In this document: positions 38,278 through 51,565 of the stretch, one piece after another
Layout: each line of letters starts with the position of its first letter
How positions within the stretch are numbered: the stretch's first letter is position 1
Source: Octopus sinensis
Lineage: Eukaryota
Length of the DNA stretch: 64,000 bases
Assembly: GCF_006345805.1 (NCBI RefSeq)
Contig: NC_043010.1
Span: 56,792,001-56,856,000 of the forward strand
Direction: 5' to 3'
Translations under genes and position numbers: made by a program
The notes under the pieces: generated by a model
The model's input: only the letters and a program-made list of their open reading frames with translations
Told to the model about the DNA's origin: nothing
Databases searched by the model: none

Positions 38278-39975
38278 ATCATCGTCATCATTGAACATTC
38301 ATTGTCCATGCTGGCATGACACCAGAGCTGGGAGGCTGCACCAGACTCCAGTTAGAGTTGTTATGGTTTCTACTGCTGGATGCCCTTCCTAATGCCAACC
38401 ATTTTACAGATTGTGCTGGGTGTCTTTATGTGGCACTGGCACAAGTGCTTTTTACATGGCACTGGTGCAGGGCTCTTGCAGGCCAATCCTCTTCACCAGT
38501 AGGTGCGGTCTTAACACTTCTGCTGTGGAGTACAAGTCTTCTTCAGCACCAGGCATCTTGGTCTTTTGTCATCTCATCTGAAAGGTTCAGTGTCCTGAGG
38601 TTGTCCTTCAGTATTCATCCCATGTCTTCCTATTCCACAAGTTCCATCTAATTTGAGAGATCGACACTTCTTTATGGAGCTGTCAGCATCCATCCGCATT
38701 ACTTGACCAAGTCCCAGAGCAGTCTTCTCTCTTGCACACTGCATCTAATTCCTTTCATGCCTAAATTCTCTTTCAATACACTAGCACTCTGTTGAACTTG
38801 TACACTTACATTGCACATCAAACAGAGCATACTAGCCTCATTCCTTTCTAGCCTTCGCATGTCCTCTGTTTTCAGGGCCCACATCTCATAACCATGTAGT
38901 ATTGCTGTCCTTATACATGCATCATACACTTTTCTTTTCCCTCTGAGACAGAAACCTTTTGTAGCCAACAGAACTAAAAGCTCTGAATTTCCTCCCTCCT
39001 ATTCTTATTCTAGCTATTACACTCTCTGTGCATCCTTCTCCACTATTTATTTGGATCCCTAGGCAGGAGAAATTATCCACTATCTCTAATGAGCCACCAG
39101 GGTATTTGAGAAAATCAGTTTCCTGAGTCTCCGTAGTTTTTATGGATCCTGTACATCATGCACACATGAACACTACTTTCTCAGATAACCTTCCTATTAT
39201 TCCACTGCACCTCTTTTATGGTCCATAGCTTACACTGGGTACACCTATGGAGTTCCTGTCAACACCATTCCTGCAAACTGAGCAGGGCCACCTACCTGAA
39301 GCGGGTAAAGTATTGTTTGTTTTCTTGCTTACTAAGACTTTAGACTTTGATAAGTTAACCTTAAGGCCCTTAGACAAGTCACTTGTCTATCTCTAACCTC
39401 CTCAGAGCCCACCATATCACGTAGCAGGGTACTCTGTTGAAGGTTTTCTCTAGATCAATGAATGGCAAGTATAATGGCATAATAGTTAGTGTCAGTAGTG
39501 CTTCTCCACAGGATGAAGTCAAACTGCATTTCATCTAGCCTAATTCTGCACCTAAATAATTGGGCTATAACTCTCTCCATAAGTTTCATCACCCGGTCCA
39601 GGAGTTTGATGCCTTTATAATTGCTTCTATCTAAAGAATCCCACTAACCTTTATAGCAGCTAACAATAATGCTGACATGCCAGCCACTGGCTATTACACC
39701 TTCCTGAATGACCTGATTAACTATGTGGTAGACGAGCCCATATCCTAACTTACCAGATGTTTTGAGCATATCAGCAGTGATTGCAGATGGACCAAGGGCT
39801 TTCCCAGTTTTCATGTCTTTAATTGCCTTATCTATCATACTGCTGTCCACTAGATTAGCTGGTTCCTCTGTTGGGTTTACATGAGGGAGACTCCCTTTAT
39901 CTCATTCATACTCCACATTCAACAGTCTTGCATAGTAACTTTTCCCTGTCTCTTTGTTGTCCATATCACTAAGTG
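38278..39975 (-). mobile_element. Degraded RTE LINE with internal deletions
   Basis: KAIKDMKTGKALGPSAITADMLK, WPCSVC PHD remnant (~39150-39300), YDACIRTAILHG.E.WAL and the tail at 38278. Confidence 0.87.
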
Positions 39976-39990
39976 CAAGCATACCATTAT

Positions 39991-40020
<30 letters not shown>

Positions 40021-40026
<6 letters not shown>

Positions 40027-40787
40027 CACCATCATCATCATCATCATTTATTGTCTGTCTTCCATGCTAGCATGGGTGGGACAGTATCACAAGAGTCGGC
40101 CAGGCTGAAGCCTGCACCAGACTTTTGTGATTGTTTTGGCAGGATTTTTATGGCTGAATGCCCTTCCTAACATCAACCACTCAGCAGAGTTGACTATGCT
40201 TCACTGGATGTGCAAAGTTAGTGCACATGTACAACAGAGTGTAAGTGTCTTGTGGGAAAAATTGGGCATAAGAGGCATCAGACGTTGTGTGCAAGGGAGA
40301 TGACTGTGCTGGCATGGTCATGTGATGTGTATGGATGAGGACTGCTGTGTAAAGAAGTACCAATCTCTAACTGTAGAGGGAACCTGCAGGAGAGGTAAAC
40401 CCAGGAAGATATGGGATGAGGTGATGAAGCGGGCTCTTTGAATGTTAAGCCTGACAGAGACGATCACAAATAATCAAGACTGTTGGTGATATACTGTGCT
40501 TGAGAAGGCTCATCAAGTTGTGGCCAATGCTAGTGTCTTATAACAAGCAGCCATGCTGGTGGCACATAGAAAGCACTCATTACACTCTTGGAGTGGTTGG
40601 CTTTAGGAAGGGCATCCATCTATAGAAACCATGCCAGATCAAACTGGAACTGGGTACAGGTCTCTGGCTTACCAGTTCCAATCAAACTATCTAACCCATG
40701 TCGCTTTGGAAAGCGGATGCTAAACAATGATGATCATCCTGATCATCATTAACACACACACTCTCTCTCTCTCTCTCACACACACAC

Positions 40788-40831
<44 letters not shown>

Positions 40832-41605
40832 TATATATATGTATCACCATCATCATCATCATCATTTATTGTCTGTCTTCCATGCTAGCATGGGTGGGAC
40901 AGTATCACAAGAGTCGGCCAGGCTGAAGCCTGCACCAGACTTTTGTGATTGTTTTGGCAGGATTTTTATGGCTGAATGCCCTTCCTAACATCAACCACTC
41001 AGCAGAGTTGACTATGCTTCACTGGATGTGCAAAGTTAGTGCACATGTACAACAGAGTGTAAGTGTCTTGTGGGAAAAATTGGGCATAAGAGGCATCAGA
41101 CGTTGTGTGCAAGGGAGATGACTGTGCTGGCATGGTCATGTGATGTGTATGGATGAGGACTGCTGTGTAAAGAAGTACCAATCTCTAACTGTAGAGGGAA
41201 CCTGCAGGAGAGGTAAACCCAGGAAGATATGGGATGAGGTGATGAAGCGGGCTCTTTGAATGTTAAGCCTGACAGAGACGATCACAAATAATCAAGACTG
41301 TTGGTGATATACTGTGCTTGAGAAGGCTCATCAAGTTGTGGCCAATGCTAGTGTCTTATAACAAGCAGCCATGCTGGTGGCACATAGAAAGCACTCATTA
41401 CACTCTTGGAGTGGTTGGCTTTAGGAAGGGCATCCATCTATAGAAACCATGCCAGATCAAACTGGAACTGGGTACAGGTCTCTGGCTTACCAGTTCCAAT
41501 CAAACTATCTAACCCATGTCGCTTTGGAAAGCGGATGCTAAACAATGATGATCATCCTGATCATCATTAACACACACACTCTCTCTCTCTCTCTCACACA
41601 CACAC

Positions 41606-41610
<5 letters not shown>
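40021..41610. repeat. Tandem duplication with 818-bp period (RTE tail on minus + RTE 3' end on plus), bounded by (TA)n
   Basis: 40021-~40790 recurs at 40839-~41608; the ORF track lists identical ORFs at 40181 and 40999. Confidence 0.95.
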
Positions 41611-41661
<51 letters not shown>

Positions 41662-41789
41662 ATGTATGTATATACATGTATGTATGTATGTATATACATG
41701 TATGTATGTATGTATATGTATCTCTCTCTTTCTCTCCACAGACACACACACGTGTGTTAAAGTAGAAAGGGAAGACAAACAATTTGGCA

Positions 41790-42500
41790 AAACTTGACAA
41801 GGACATTTAATTTAATCTAGCTATATATTGAAAGGCAGAGATAGTCTCTGACAGCTGTTTCTGGGATATCCCAGGTATTGGAACATCATACCAAGTGAAG
41901 ACTCCGTATGCTGGTTATTTCATCATCGGAGAGAACTAGGTTAAACATATGTAACAGTGAAATAAAAGGTCTTCATCAGTGATGGTTGTTGTGGTTCATT
42001 ATGTCCAGAGAGTGAGGAGAGATCCAAATATGTTCAGTAAGATCAGGTATTCATTAGATAAATCCATGATCAGAGAGAATGGCCAAATAGTAATCCATAG
42101 TGAGGGAAAATGGATGTTAGCAGTTCCAGAGTTGGATAAATACTAAGAGGAAGAATAAGTAGAGTACATTCAGGTGGGAGAAAGATAGGTAGATAGGAAT
42201 TTTGTATTAGATATATGCTAATCAGTACTATGAGGGATACTCCTGCCCAGAGAGATTAGGGGGCATGAGTGTAAAGACAGATAAGGAGTAAATAATCAAG
42301 ATGTCAGACCTACAGTTTGAGTGGTAATGGGAGGGGGTGTGGAAGTAATAGAGTGGTAGTGTCAGATGTGGTAGGTAGTCAGTTTTACTAGAGGGGAAGG
42401 GAAACAGTTGTGTTAGTGCTAGAAATAGATGCCACACTAGCAAATACAAGATCTAAGAGTTGAGGTCTAAAACTAAGGTTAAAATTAATATTCTACATAT
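41790..42500 (-). mobile_element. Probable Penelope-like 3' fragment
   Basis: Pyrimidine-rich minus-strand tract leading into a hammerhead motif; boundaries approximate. Confidence 0.5.
41842..41938 (-). ncRNA. Type I hammerhead motif with long stem II (one core substitution)
   Basis: Minus strand: TAGTTCTCT-CCGATGA-tgaaataaccag...ctgggatatccca-GAAA-CAGCTGTC-AGAGACTA; palindromic ACAGCTGT stem III; GTC triplet. Confidence 0.65.
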
Positions 42501-42509
42501 CGAGCAAGG

Positions 42510-43232
42510 CCATCTCAGAGTGAAAGGCAGATTGTATGATGTCTGTATGTGAACAGCCATGCTACATGGTAGTGAAACATGGGCTGTGACTGCAGAGGAC
42601 ATGCAAAAGCCTGAAAGAAGCTAATATGCTTTGCTGGATGTGCAGTTTTAGCGTACATGTACAACAAAGTGTGAGCATCGTGAGAGCAAAATTGTGTATG
42701 AGCAGCATCAGATGTAACGTGCAAGAGAGATGACTGCTCTGGTATGGTCTTGTGATGCATATGAATGAGGACAGCTGTGTAAAGAAGTGCCAATCTCTAA
42801 CTGTGGAGGGAACCCGTGGAAGAGACCCAGGAAGACAAGATGAGATGATGAAGCATGATCTTTGAGTGTTGAATCACATGGAGGTGATGGCAAATGATCA
42901 GGGCCTTTGGCAATTTGCTGTGCTTGAGAAGACTCCTGAAGCCATGTGAAATTGTGGTTGTGACTGGTGTCAGGACATGTAAAAAGCATCCATACCAGTG
43001 ACACCTAAAAGCACCGGTGCTGGTCACATGTAAAGGTGCCTATGCCAGTGACACATAAAAGGTACTCACTACACTCTCCGAGTGGTTGGTGTTAAGAAGG
43101 GCATCCAGCTGTAGAGATCAAGCCAAATTCAGACTGGAACCTGGTGCAACTCTCCGGCTTACCAGTTCCAGTCAAACTGTCTAACCCATGCCAGCATGGA
43201 GAGTGGATGTTAAATGGTGATGACGATGATGG
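42510..43232 (+). mobile_element. RTE LINE 3' end with tail
   Basis: RVKGRLYDVC..TAMLHGSETWAVTAEDM..., 3' UTR and (GAT)n tail. Confidence 0.88.
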
Positions 43233-43636
43233 TATACTCTTTTTACTCTTTTACTTGTTTCAGTCATTTGACTGCAGCCATGCTGGAGCACCGCCTTTAG
43301 TCGAGCAACTCGACCCCGGGGCTTATTCTTTTGTAAGCCCAGTACTTATTCTATCGGTCTCTTTTGCCAAACCGCTAAGTGACGGGGACGTAAACACACC
43401 AGCATCGGTTGTCAAGCAATGCTTGACACACAGACACACAAGCACACACACATATATATATATACATATATACGACAGGCTTCTTTCAGTTTCCGTCTAC
43501 CAAATCCACTCACAAGGCTTTGGTCGGCCCGAGGCTATAGTAGAAGACACTTGCCCAAGGTGCCACGCAGTGGGACTGAACGCAGACCCATGTGGTTGGT
43601 AAACAAGCTACTTACCTCACAGCCACTCCTGCGCCT
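43233..43636 (-). mobile_element. Young full-length CORE-type tRNA SINE
   Basis: ggcgcaggagtggctgtgaggt (A box)...cgttcagtcc (B box)...ggcaccttgggcaagtgtc (CORE-like), internal microsatellite, (gtaaaaga)n tail; CpG retained. Confidence 0.88.
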
Positions 43637-44167
43637 ATATATATATATATATATATATATGATGAATATCTTACAGAAAAAATCTACCAGAAGAAAAGAA
43701 GGGTTGTCGAAATGGATCCTATGGATGTAAAAACCAGTTACTGATAAACATGACAGTATTAGAAGACTACATGAACTCCTTGGATAGAGTTCTTGGTTCT
43801 TTGGGTCAATAGATGTATCAACACTGATTATTGGGTTTGTGAAAAGCAGCTGGTAGACTTCAAATAAAATGGCAATATCCAATGTAGATTAACTTGATCT
43901 GTGTGGCTGTTATCTCATTAAATGGAACCCTAAATTGTATAAGGAGTGACTCCAAGGCGAGAAGGACCTCAATCAACCACTTGCTCCCTATAATGATATC
44001 GAGTCTCAGTTTGAAAATCTTTTTCAGACTGCAACAATTATAACTGCTAACAATTAGTATGGAGTTTTGGCAATATGCTACAACAGTGTAATAAACTAGA
44101 TTATACAAGAAAGAAAAAAAACGGAAAAACCCAAAACATTTCAGATACATTCCTCCACTCACAAATG

Positions 44168-44209
44168 ACACACACACACACACACACACACCACACACAC
44201 AACACACCA

Positions 44210-44240
<31 letters not shown>

Positions 44241-44253
44241 CAACACACACACA

Positions 44254-44321
<68 letters not shown>

Positions 44322-44432
44322 CACAACACACACACACACACACACACACACCACACACACCACACACACACCACACACACAACACACACACACACACACA
44401 CACACACACCACACCACACACACACACCACAC

Positions 44433-44471
<39 letters not shown>

Positions 44472-44482
44472 CACACACACAC

Positions 44483-44537
<55 letters not shown>
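44168..44537. repeat. Long imperfect (CA)n tract (~370 bp)
   Basis: Read directly; scattered single-base indels may be read or consensus errors. Confidence 0.95.
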
Positions 44538-44539
<2 letters not shown>

Positions 44540-44540
<1 letters not shown>

Positions 44541-44960
44541 TAAAAGTAATGAATAAGTGCCAATCTCTAACAGTGGAGGGAACCTGTAGAAGGAGTAGAC
44601 TCAGGAAGACATGGGATGAAGTGGTGAGAACAGATATTCAGATGTTAGGAGATGACAAGGGACTGAAACTTGTGGTGATTTAGTGTTGCCTCCCCATTCC
44701 CTCTCTCAGTTGAGAGGTCCTTGTCTTGTGAGCTCACGGGTGCCACATGGAAAGTACATGTGCGAGTGCCATGTTAAAAGGACTGCTAGTGCCACAAGAA
44801 AAGCCCCCATGCTGGTGCCATGTGAATTGCACCCATCCAGTGTCTTGTAAAAAGCATCCATATTGGTGCCACTTATAAAGCACCCATGCTTGTGTCACAA
44901 AAAGCATCCAGTACACTCTATAAAGTGGTTGGCATTAGGAAGGGCATCCAGCTGTAGAAC
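44540..44960 (+). mobile_element. Degraded RTE 3' end
   Basis: KCQSLTVEGTCRRSRLRKTWDEVVR followed by 3' UTR motifs. Confidence 0.78.
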
Positions 44961-46416
44961 TATACTGCTTTAGGGGTTGATAAATAAAGTTCCAGTCTAG
45001 GATAGTGAGTTGGCAGAATTTGTAGAGCATCAAACAGGATGTGTAATGGTGTCTGGTGTGACTCTTTGTATTCTGAGGTCAAATTTCATGTCTTACCACC
45101 TGGTTTGGGACCTGGTAAATAGGGAATGGTGTATCAGTGGGGGCAACATATTGGTGATATCAATAAAACTGAATGAAATACCTACCTTCTCTACAAACTG
45201 GAGATTGAACCATTTCTACTTCGGTTTATTAAATATCTGGAATTTCTGAAAGCAAAGCAAAAACATAGGATTGCAGACAGAATTTAGAAATCAATTTGAG
45301 AGAACATTGGAGGTTATCTGCATAAATATTTGTAATATACTGAACCCAATGATAGCCTATACTACACCTGTAAAGGCTGGTTTATAATTAAAATTAAGCA
45401 AAGATATAAAGCCATATTTAGTTTAATATGATAATGAAGAGATGAGATAAATGGTCACATTGCTTTTGGCTGAGATTTTTGTTATGCGACCTGAATTGAG
45501 TTAGGGGTTTAGTTATGAGATTTTGATTTACTTCGTTAATTTCAAATGCAGTCTTCCTTTGAATTTTCAGCATGTCTTTAAGTGGCCATAACTAGCAGTG
45601 TGTATGATGGCTATTTATAAGAGGTGTGATGTGTATGATTGTGAAGTAATTTGGGCATGCAATTTACATGAAGTATATAAATGAAAGTTTATGTGAAGCT
45701 CTGGTCAGTTCTAATTGAGCTGGCCCATGACATGTAGTTATAATGATTGGATGTAATCCACACAACCAAATGTACTGTGTTTCTGCTTAGTCAATGACCA
45801 GACTGTACTCTCCAAAATGCAGTGCTTTATTATAGAGTACAGTGTGACTATCTGGAGAAATTACTGATTCTTAGCTGCCCAGTTTTTTAATGTTTTGATG
45901 GTTGCCACAGTGGGAGAAGACAAGATGAACTTTGGGTAGTGTTTGGAAGTGAGTCTTTCTCTTTACTATTTCTCCTGCTGTATATTTAATCACAGTATTT
46001 GGGTTTAATGAGCTTATTGATGCTGCTAATGTGTGTGTGTGTGTGCATGTTTATATTTACTGAGTGGTGCATTGTAGTAGTATAGAGATATGTGCTGTGA
46101 CAGCATGTTGCTGCATCCACCATTGTTGGTGATTCCCTGTTGCTCCTGGTGGATGACTCCTTTGTACCACTTAGGGTCTATTGGGTAGTCATTGATGGTG
46201 AGGGTTTTACGAAGTCGGAGTGCAAATCCTACCTCAGCCTCTTTTAGTTGCCTTTTATGACACAGATCTATTCTTTGACATGCTGGTTTCCGCACAACTC
46301 TAGAGTAACATGATAAAATTATTATAGCATTTTCTGCCTTGACTTATTTTATTTAACATATCAACTTGTGTGTTCCTTTTCAACCTTCTATACACACACA
46401 CACACACACACACAGA

Positions 46417-46777
46417 GGCACAGGCTTGGCGGTGTGGTAAGAAATTTGCTTCCCAACCACATGGTTCCAAGTTCAATCCTACTTCATGGTGATTGGGCAA
46501 GTGTCTTCTGCTATAGCCCCAGGTTGACCAAAGCTTTGTGAGTAGATGTGGTAGATGGAAACTGAAAGAAACCCAGTGTATGTGTGTGTGTCTTTGTGTC
46601 TGTGTATGCTTCCACTGCTGCTTGACAACCAGTGTTGGTTGTTGATGTCTCTAACTTAGAGGTTTGGCAAAAGAGGCTGATAGAGTAAGTATCAAACTTA
46701 AAAAATAAGTACTGGGGTTGATTTTGCCCCAGCATGACCACAGTCCAATGACTGAAACAAGTAAAAGATAAAAGATA
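46417..46777 (+). mobile_element. CORE-type tRNA SINE
   Basis: Same head, CORE-like segment and gtaaaaga tail as 43233-43636. Confidence 0.8.
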
Positions 46778-47068
46778 CCAATATTTTTGGTACTTTTCAA
46801 AAGAAATAGTTGATTTTACATGAAAGCATTCTCCACCAATGATGGAAATGCTCTGGGCTAATTTCACAGGTTTATCAAAATAATGGCCAAACGTTTATTT
46901 AGAAAAAAAATAAATAGAATATCTTTTGAGAATCCATTATGATATGACATCCACTTTGCCTGTGTTAATCTGGAGAAATTTTCAGCCCAATTACTGGTAT
47001 CAAATTGATTATTATTGGTTGCATTTCAATGTTTCATTTATAACATGTCTTTCCTTTCCTCTCACACA

Positions 47069-47350
47069 ATCATCATCATCATCATCATCATCATTTAGCG
47101 TCCGCTTTCCATGCTAGCATGGGTTGGACGGTTCAACTGGGGTCTGTGAAGCCAGAAGGCTGCATCAGGCCCAGTCTGATCTGGCAGTGTTTCTACGGCT
47201 GGATGCCCTTCCTAACGCCAACCACTCCGTGAGTGTAGTGGGTGCTTTTTACGTGCCACCCGCACAGGTGGCAGACGGAGCTGGCAGACGGCCACGGACG
47301 GATGGTGCTTTTTACGTGCCACCGGCACAGGGGCCAGGCGATTTGGCAAA
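47069..47350 (-). mobile_element. Young RTE 3' tail fragment
   Basis: Near-identical reverse complement of ~9400-9630. Confidence 0.88.
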
Positions 47351-49188
47351 ACGTTCAGTTAGCAATGCTGATTAGTTCTTTAAGTATCTTTTGACTAGAT
47401 CCAATACAATAACCGACAATATTATTCTCAGGAAAAATTTATAACATTAACTGTTGTGAAAATATCTATTTCATATGTAATGACAATGTCAGCAAACATG
47501 AAAATATATTGGTTGAATCCGTTTCTACAGTAACTGAACAGGTACACTTGATAGATTAATTATCTAACATATAAAAATGATGGAAAACTGTCAAAGTCTT
47601 TGACTGTAAACTGTATGTGCAAATGAATTACTAAAAGATTTCAAAGGTTAAGCTTACTTACTTTTTCTAAGGAATTTATTTGTTAACCTTGTTGAGAAAG
47701 TAAGTGATCACTTCATCTACCAAGTCTGAAAGATTTTGAAAGAACAAAAAAAAAATGTAGAGATTTTAGAGAAGTTACATCCCACTTAATATATGTAATC
47801 TGTATTTTATGATTCTAATGTAATCAAATCTTTTAATTTTCTCTACACTGCATTAAAATAGTAGATTTGAAAAGTGTACGTTAAACATTTAGTATGATAA
47901 CTAAACGGTCTTTTTGAAATTCAACATAGCTACTGATCTAAAGTGTTTATTATTAAGAATTTATAAGAGCTTATATCATTAATGAACCGTTTGTAATTAC
48001 TATTGCATCATAAAAATATCATATTTACCTTAAAATAAAATAAGCTGTCTTCTTGCGAAACTGTTCTTAAATTCTTTATGCCATCAGGAGTTAACGAGTG
48101 TATTGATGTATTTGAAAATAATTTAATTAGTGCCATTCATTATTTTGAGTTGTTTGATTTGGAATAACATTTCAGTTTGGGATATTTTCTACTATATAAA
48201 TACAAAGTATGAACCTAGTAGTAAATATTTAGTTGGTATGTTACGAGTATCTCCTCCATATTGTCATGTTCAGTAGAACTCTGGGATCACAAAACATAAT
48301 GTTCCGATTATTTTTTTTAACTTCAATTTCATGTTGGACACAATTTTTAAATACAAGCTGAGGGAAATTTTAATCCAGTTTAAGTTTTTATAACTTATAT
48401 TTTGAATATGGATTTAGTTAAAAAAAACATTATCTCACCCCACTTCTCATACACACATACATATACAGCATGTACATATACAGCCTATTAAAATTTACTT
48501 AATAATAATATTTTAGATTTTGGATAAATAATAATTTATGGCTAGCAAAGGAGATGGGCTGAAAGTAGAGCCTACTTATAGTGGAGAGAGTCTGCTATTC
48601 CACTTTTCAGTCTTTCAATAAGATTTCTTCCTTTGAACAAAGCAAAATATCTTATTTGACCAATTCCTGATCTAAGTTTGTTCTTTGCTGCATTTTTAGT
48701 TTCCGTTGTTTATGTCAGTCCACATCACTTACTGATCATTGTGTTGATGCCATCTCTATTTCATCTATAGTAATTGATATGGGTTCTGTGAAATATAATT
48801 ATTAGTATGGTACTGAACAAAGAAACGGTGTAGTAGCTGATGCTTTAATTAAAATATATTCCGAGATTTCTAAAAAGTTTTCTATTTTAATCAAATAAAG
48901 GAATCTGCTAAGTTGACTTTTCCTTCAATTAAAATTGTTACACACACATGTGCACGCACAACACTATAACTGTGGTTTTATAAAATAATGTTTATAGCTT
49001 CAGTAAATATTAATATGAAACTCCAAGTCTTTTAAAGAATAACTTGATTATCTGTTGATAATTTTGTTCATAAAATTATCTTGATCTAATTAATGATAAA
49101 TTGGAAACATTTAACGTGAAAAAAGTGCAAGAGGACTTACAACATATATGTGTAAATATATATTATATATCAAGTGTGTGTGTATGTT

Positions 49189-49224
<36 letters not shown>

Positions 49225-50627
49225 TTGGCTTTGCAATTTCTTTATATTCATGAACTTTCCCACAACCCACTTTTCAACTGGTTGGTCTGCGTCTATGTTA
49301 ATTGAATTTATCTGGTGAAAAAAACAGAAAACAACCAAAACAAAACTAGAAACATGAACAAAAAATAAAAAGTTGTTTAACCAATCAAGATTAATGTTGT
49401 CACTGTTATCTGTTGGAAAAAGTAGAAATAAATGTTGAATAACTTATTTTCTTATGTTGATATTTCTAGACCTGTTCCTTGGAATAAAAATACCAGACAT
49501 TGGCATATTACTTCCTTCGTTTTCATTAATGTCTGATCACTTCTAACTACCATCTTGTGCATCTATACTTACACTTGGAGTTTTGCTATGTGCACCTGCG
49601 CATGCGGCTGCACAAGTACAGTTGTTTGCAGCTTTCAGAAGAGGAGGGCAAAAAATAAAATCTGTGTGACCAATTTTTAAAAAAAATTCTGTACCTGCCT
49701 CTTGGTATATTTGCTATATTTGAAATAGATAATATTGTAAGAGTGATTGTGAAGCTAAGACTTTTCCCTTTATACAGCTATGAAATAAACAATGACTTTT
49801 AACAGTTTTTCATATTATCTTATACAAGCTATGTCAATCAAGAAGTTATGACACGTTCCTTATGTCTGATAAATAAACTGGGCTGGATTAAGGGAGGTAA
49901 TCTGAATGGACACGTGCAGGTTGTGTGCAACTTCTACGGTTGACTTTATTCACCATTTAGTGCAGCATACAACTGGATAGTTGATGCTGTTAGTAGTCTG
50001 ATAGTTCATTCTAATGGTGTGGTGCAGTTTTTCTTTTCTTTCCTGAAATCAGTTGAAGATTATTGTATGAATGAATGCATTTATGAATAGACTTTCTGAT
50101 TTTATAACCTGAGGCAATCCAAACATTAAAACTTGTTCAGTCCAACTGAATGGAGGAAAACTTTACTATTAATAAGTTGCAAATATTCTTTCAGGATTAA
50201 ATAATGATTTGTGACTATTAGTCTCTCATAGATTCTCTTAATTAGTGTGGTTGGACATATATTCATGAATGAGCATGAACGTTAGAACATGTACAAATGG
50301 GCGTTAGCTATGTTTTTATTTTCTTGACTTCAAATAAGTTTGAGAGATTGTAATGAAACAGGTCTGGAAGATAAATAGAGGAGAATACTTACAGTTAGTG
50401 AAACTTAGCCAATAAAAGTATTTCACGAGACACTAATAATATTATATCATTAAATTCATAAACTCCAAAAGTTTCTAAATCTGCAAAACTTACTGGAATT
50501 ATATTGAAATACATGATTATGTAGCTCAGGTGCACATATGTAATAACCTGTATTTCTGAATTATAAAGTCCCATAGTGATTTATCTGTCTTGAATCATGT
50601 TTTAAAATTTTAATATCCATGTCTTAT

Positions 50628-51030
50628 GGGTGCAGATGTGGCTGTGTGGTTAAGAAGCTTGTTTCCTGACCATATAGTCTCAGGTTCAGTCCCACTACAT
50701 GGCACTTTGGGCAAGTGTCTTCTACTATAACTTTGGGCCCATCAAAACCATGTAAGTGGACTTGGTAGATGGAGACTGAAAAAGCCTGCAGTGTGTGTGT
50801 GTGTGTATACACACACACACACACACACCTTTGTCTTGATATCATGTGATGGTTGTAATCCTGCATCAGTGTCATACAAGTGATGCTGTTTGTTTCTTCC
50901 ACCCTTCCATGCAAAACACATCTGGCTTTTAGGAAATATTACCTTGCTTGAAAACAGGTGAGGGCATCTGGCAATAGAAAATGTTTCAGTAAATTCCTTC
51001 TGACGCATGCAATCAGGAAAAATTGGATAT
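50628..51030 (+). mobile_element. CORE-type SINE head with RTE-like tail
   Basis: tggctgtgtggt...ggttcagtcc...ttgggcaagtgtc head, then a different 3' part ending gggcatctggcaatagaaa...catgcaatcaggaaaaattggatattaa. Confidence 0.7.
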
Positions 51031-51299
51031 TAATTAGTTTATCTGATAGCAAATGATTGTTATTCATAATATACAATTTTATTGCTTATTGGAAGATAAT
51101 TTCACTTGGTACCCTAAAATATTTCTTCACAAAACAGTGTTCACTATACATATATTTTTCAGTAATTATGACAGTTATATTCAGTCATTTTAAAACCATT
51201 ACGCTGCCCCTTAAAGTTGTAGTTCATATTAATAAATATATTAATATCTTGGCAGTTGAGTGAGAACTGTTTCATAAAACTAACTGGAGAAAATACTGA

Positions 51300-51565
51300 G
51301 TAGAGTAAATGATGGTGTGTAAGGCAGTGGAGGCTGATGTGTAGGATGGAAAATGGTATGCAAGACATTCAAAGATGGTGTGTAAGTAACACTTGTGGAT
51401 GATGTGTAATACTCTGTAGTTGATGCTATATAAGACAGTAGACAATGGTGACACACTCAAGAATGATGTGTAACACTGGTAGATGATGTGTAACACACAT
51501 GGGAATGGTGTGTAACATGCTGTAGTTAATTGTAAGATATAATTTAAAACTTGCAACACTGGATG
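51300..51565. repeat. Degenerate ~20-bp tandem repeat (GATGATGTGTAACACTGGTA-like)
   Basis: Recurrent gatg(a/g)tgtgtaa(c) units. Confidence 0.55.

Noticed and set aside
43570-43636. tRNA-like A/B boxes here and at other SINE heads
   Set aside because: These are SINE heads continuing into CORE or Meta domains, with no complete cloverleaf; not tRNA genes.
43860-44683. Long ORFs of 134-225 aa (CV/HT repeats), and similar YI-rich ORFs at 5810-6430, 7806-8286 and 52550-53106
   Set aside because: Translations of dinucleotide microsatellites, which lack stop codons; only the LINE-derived portions are meaningful.
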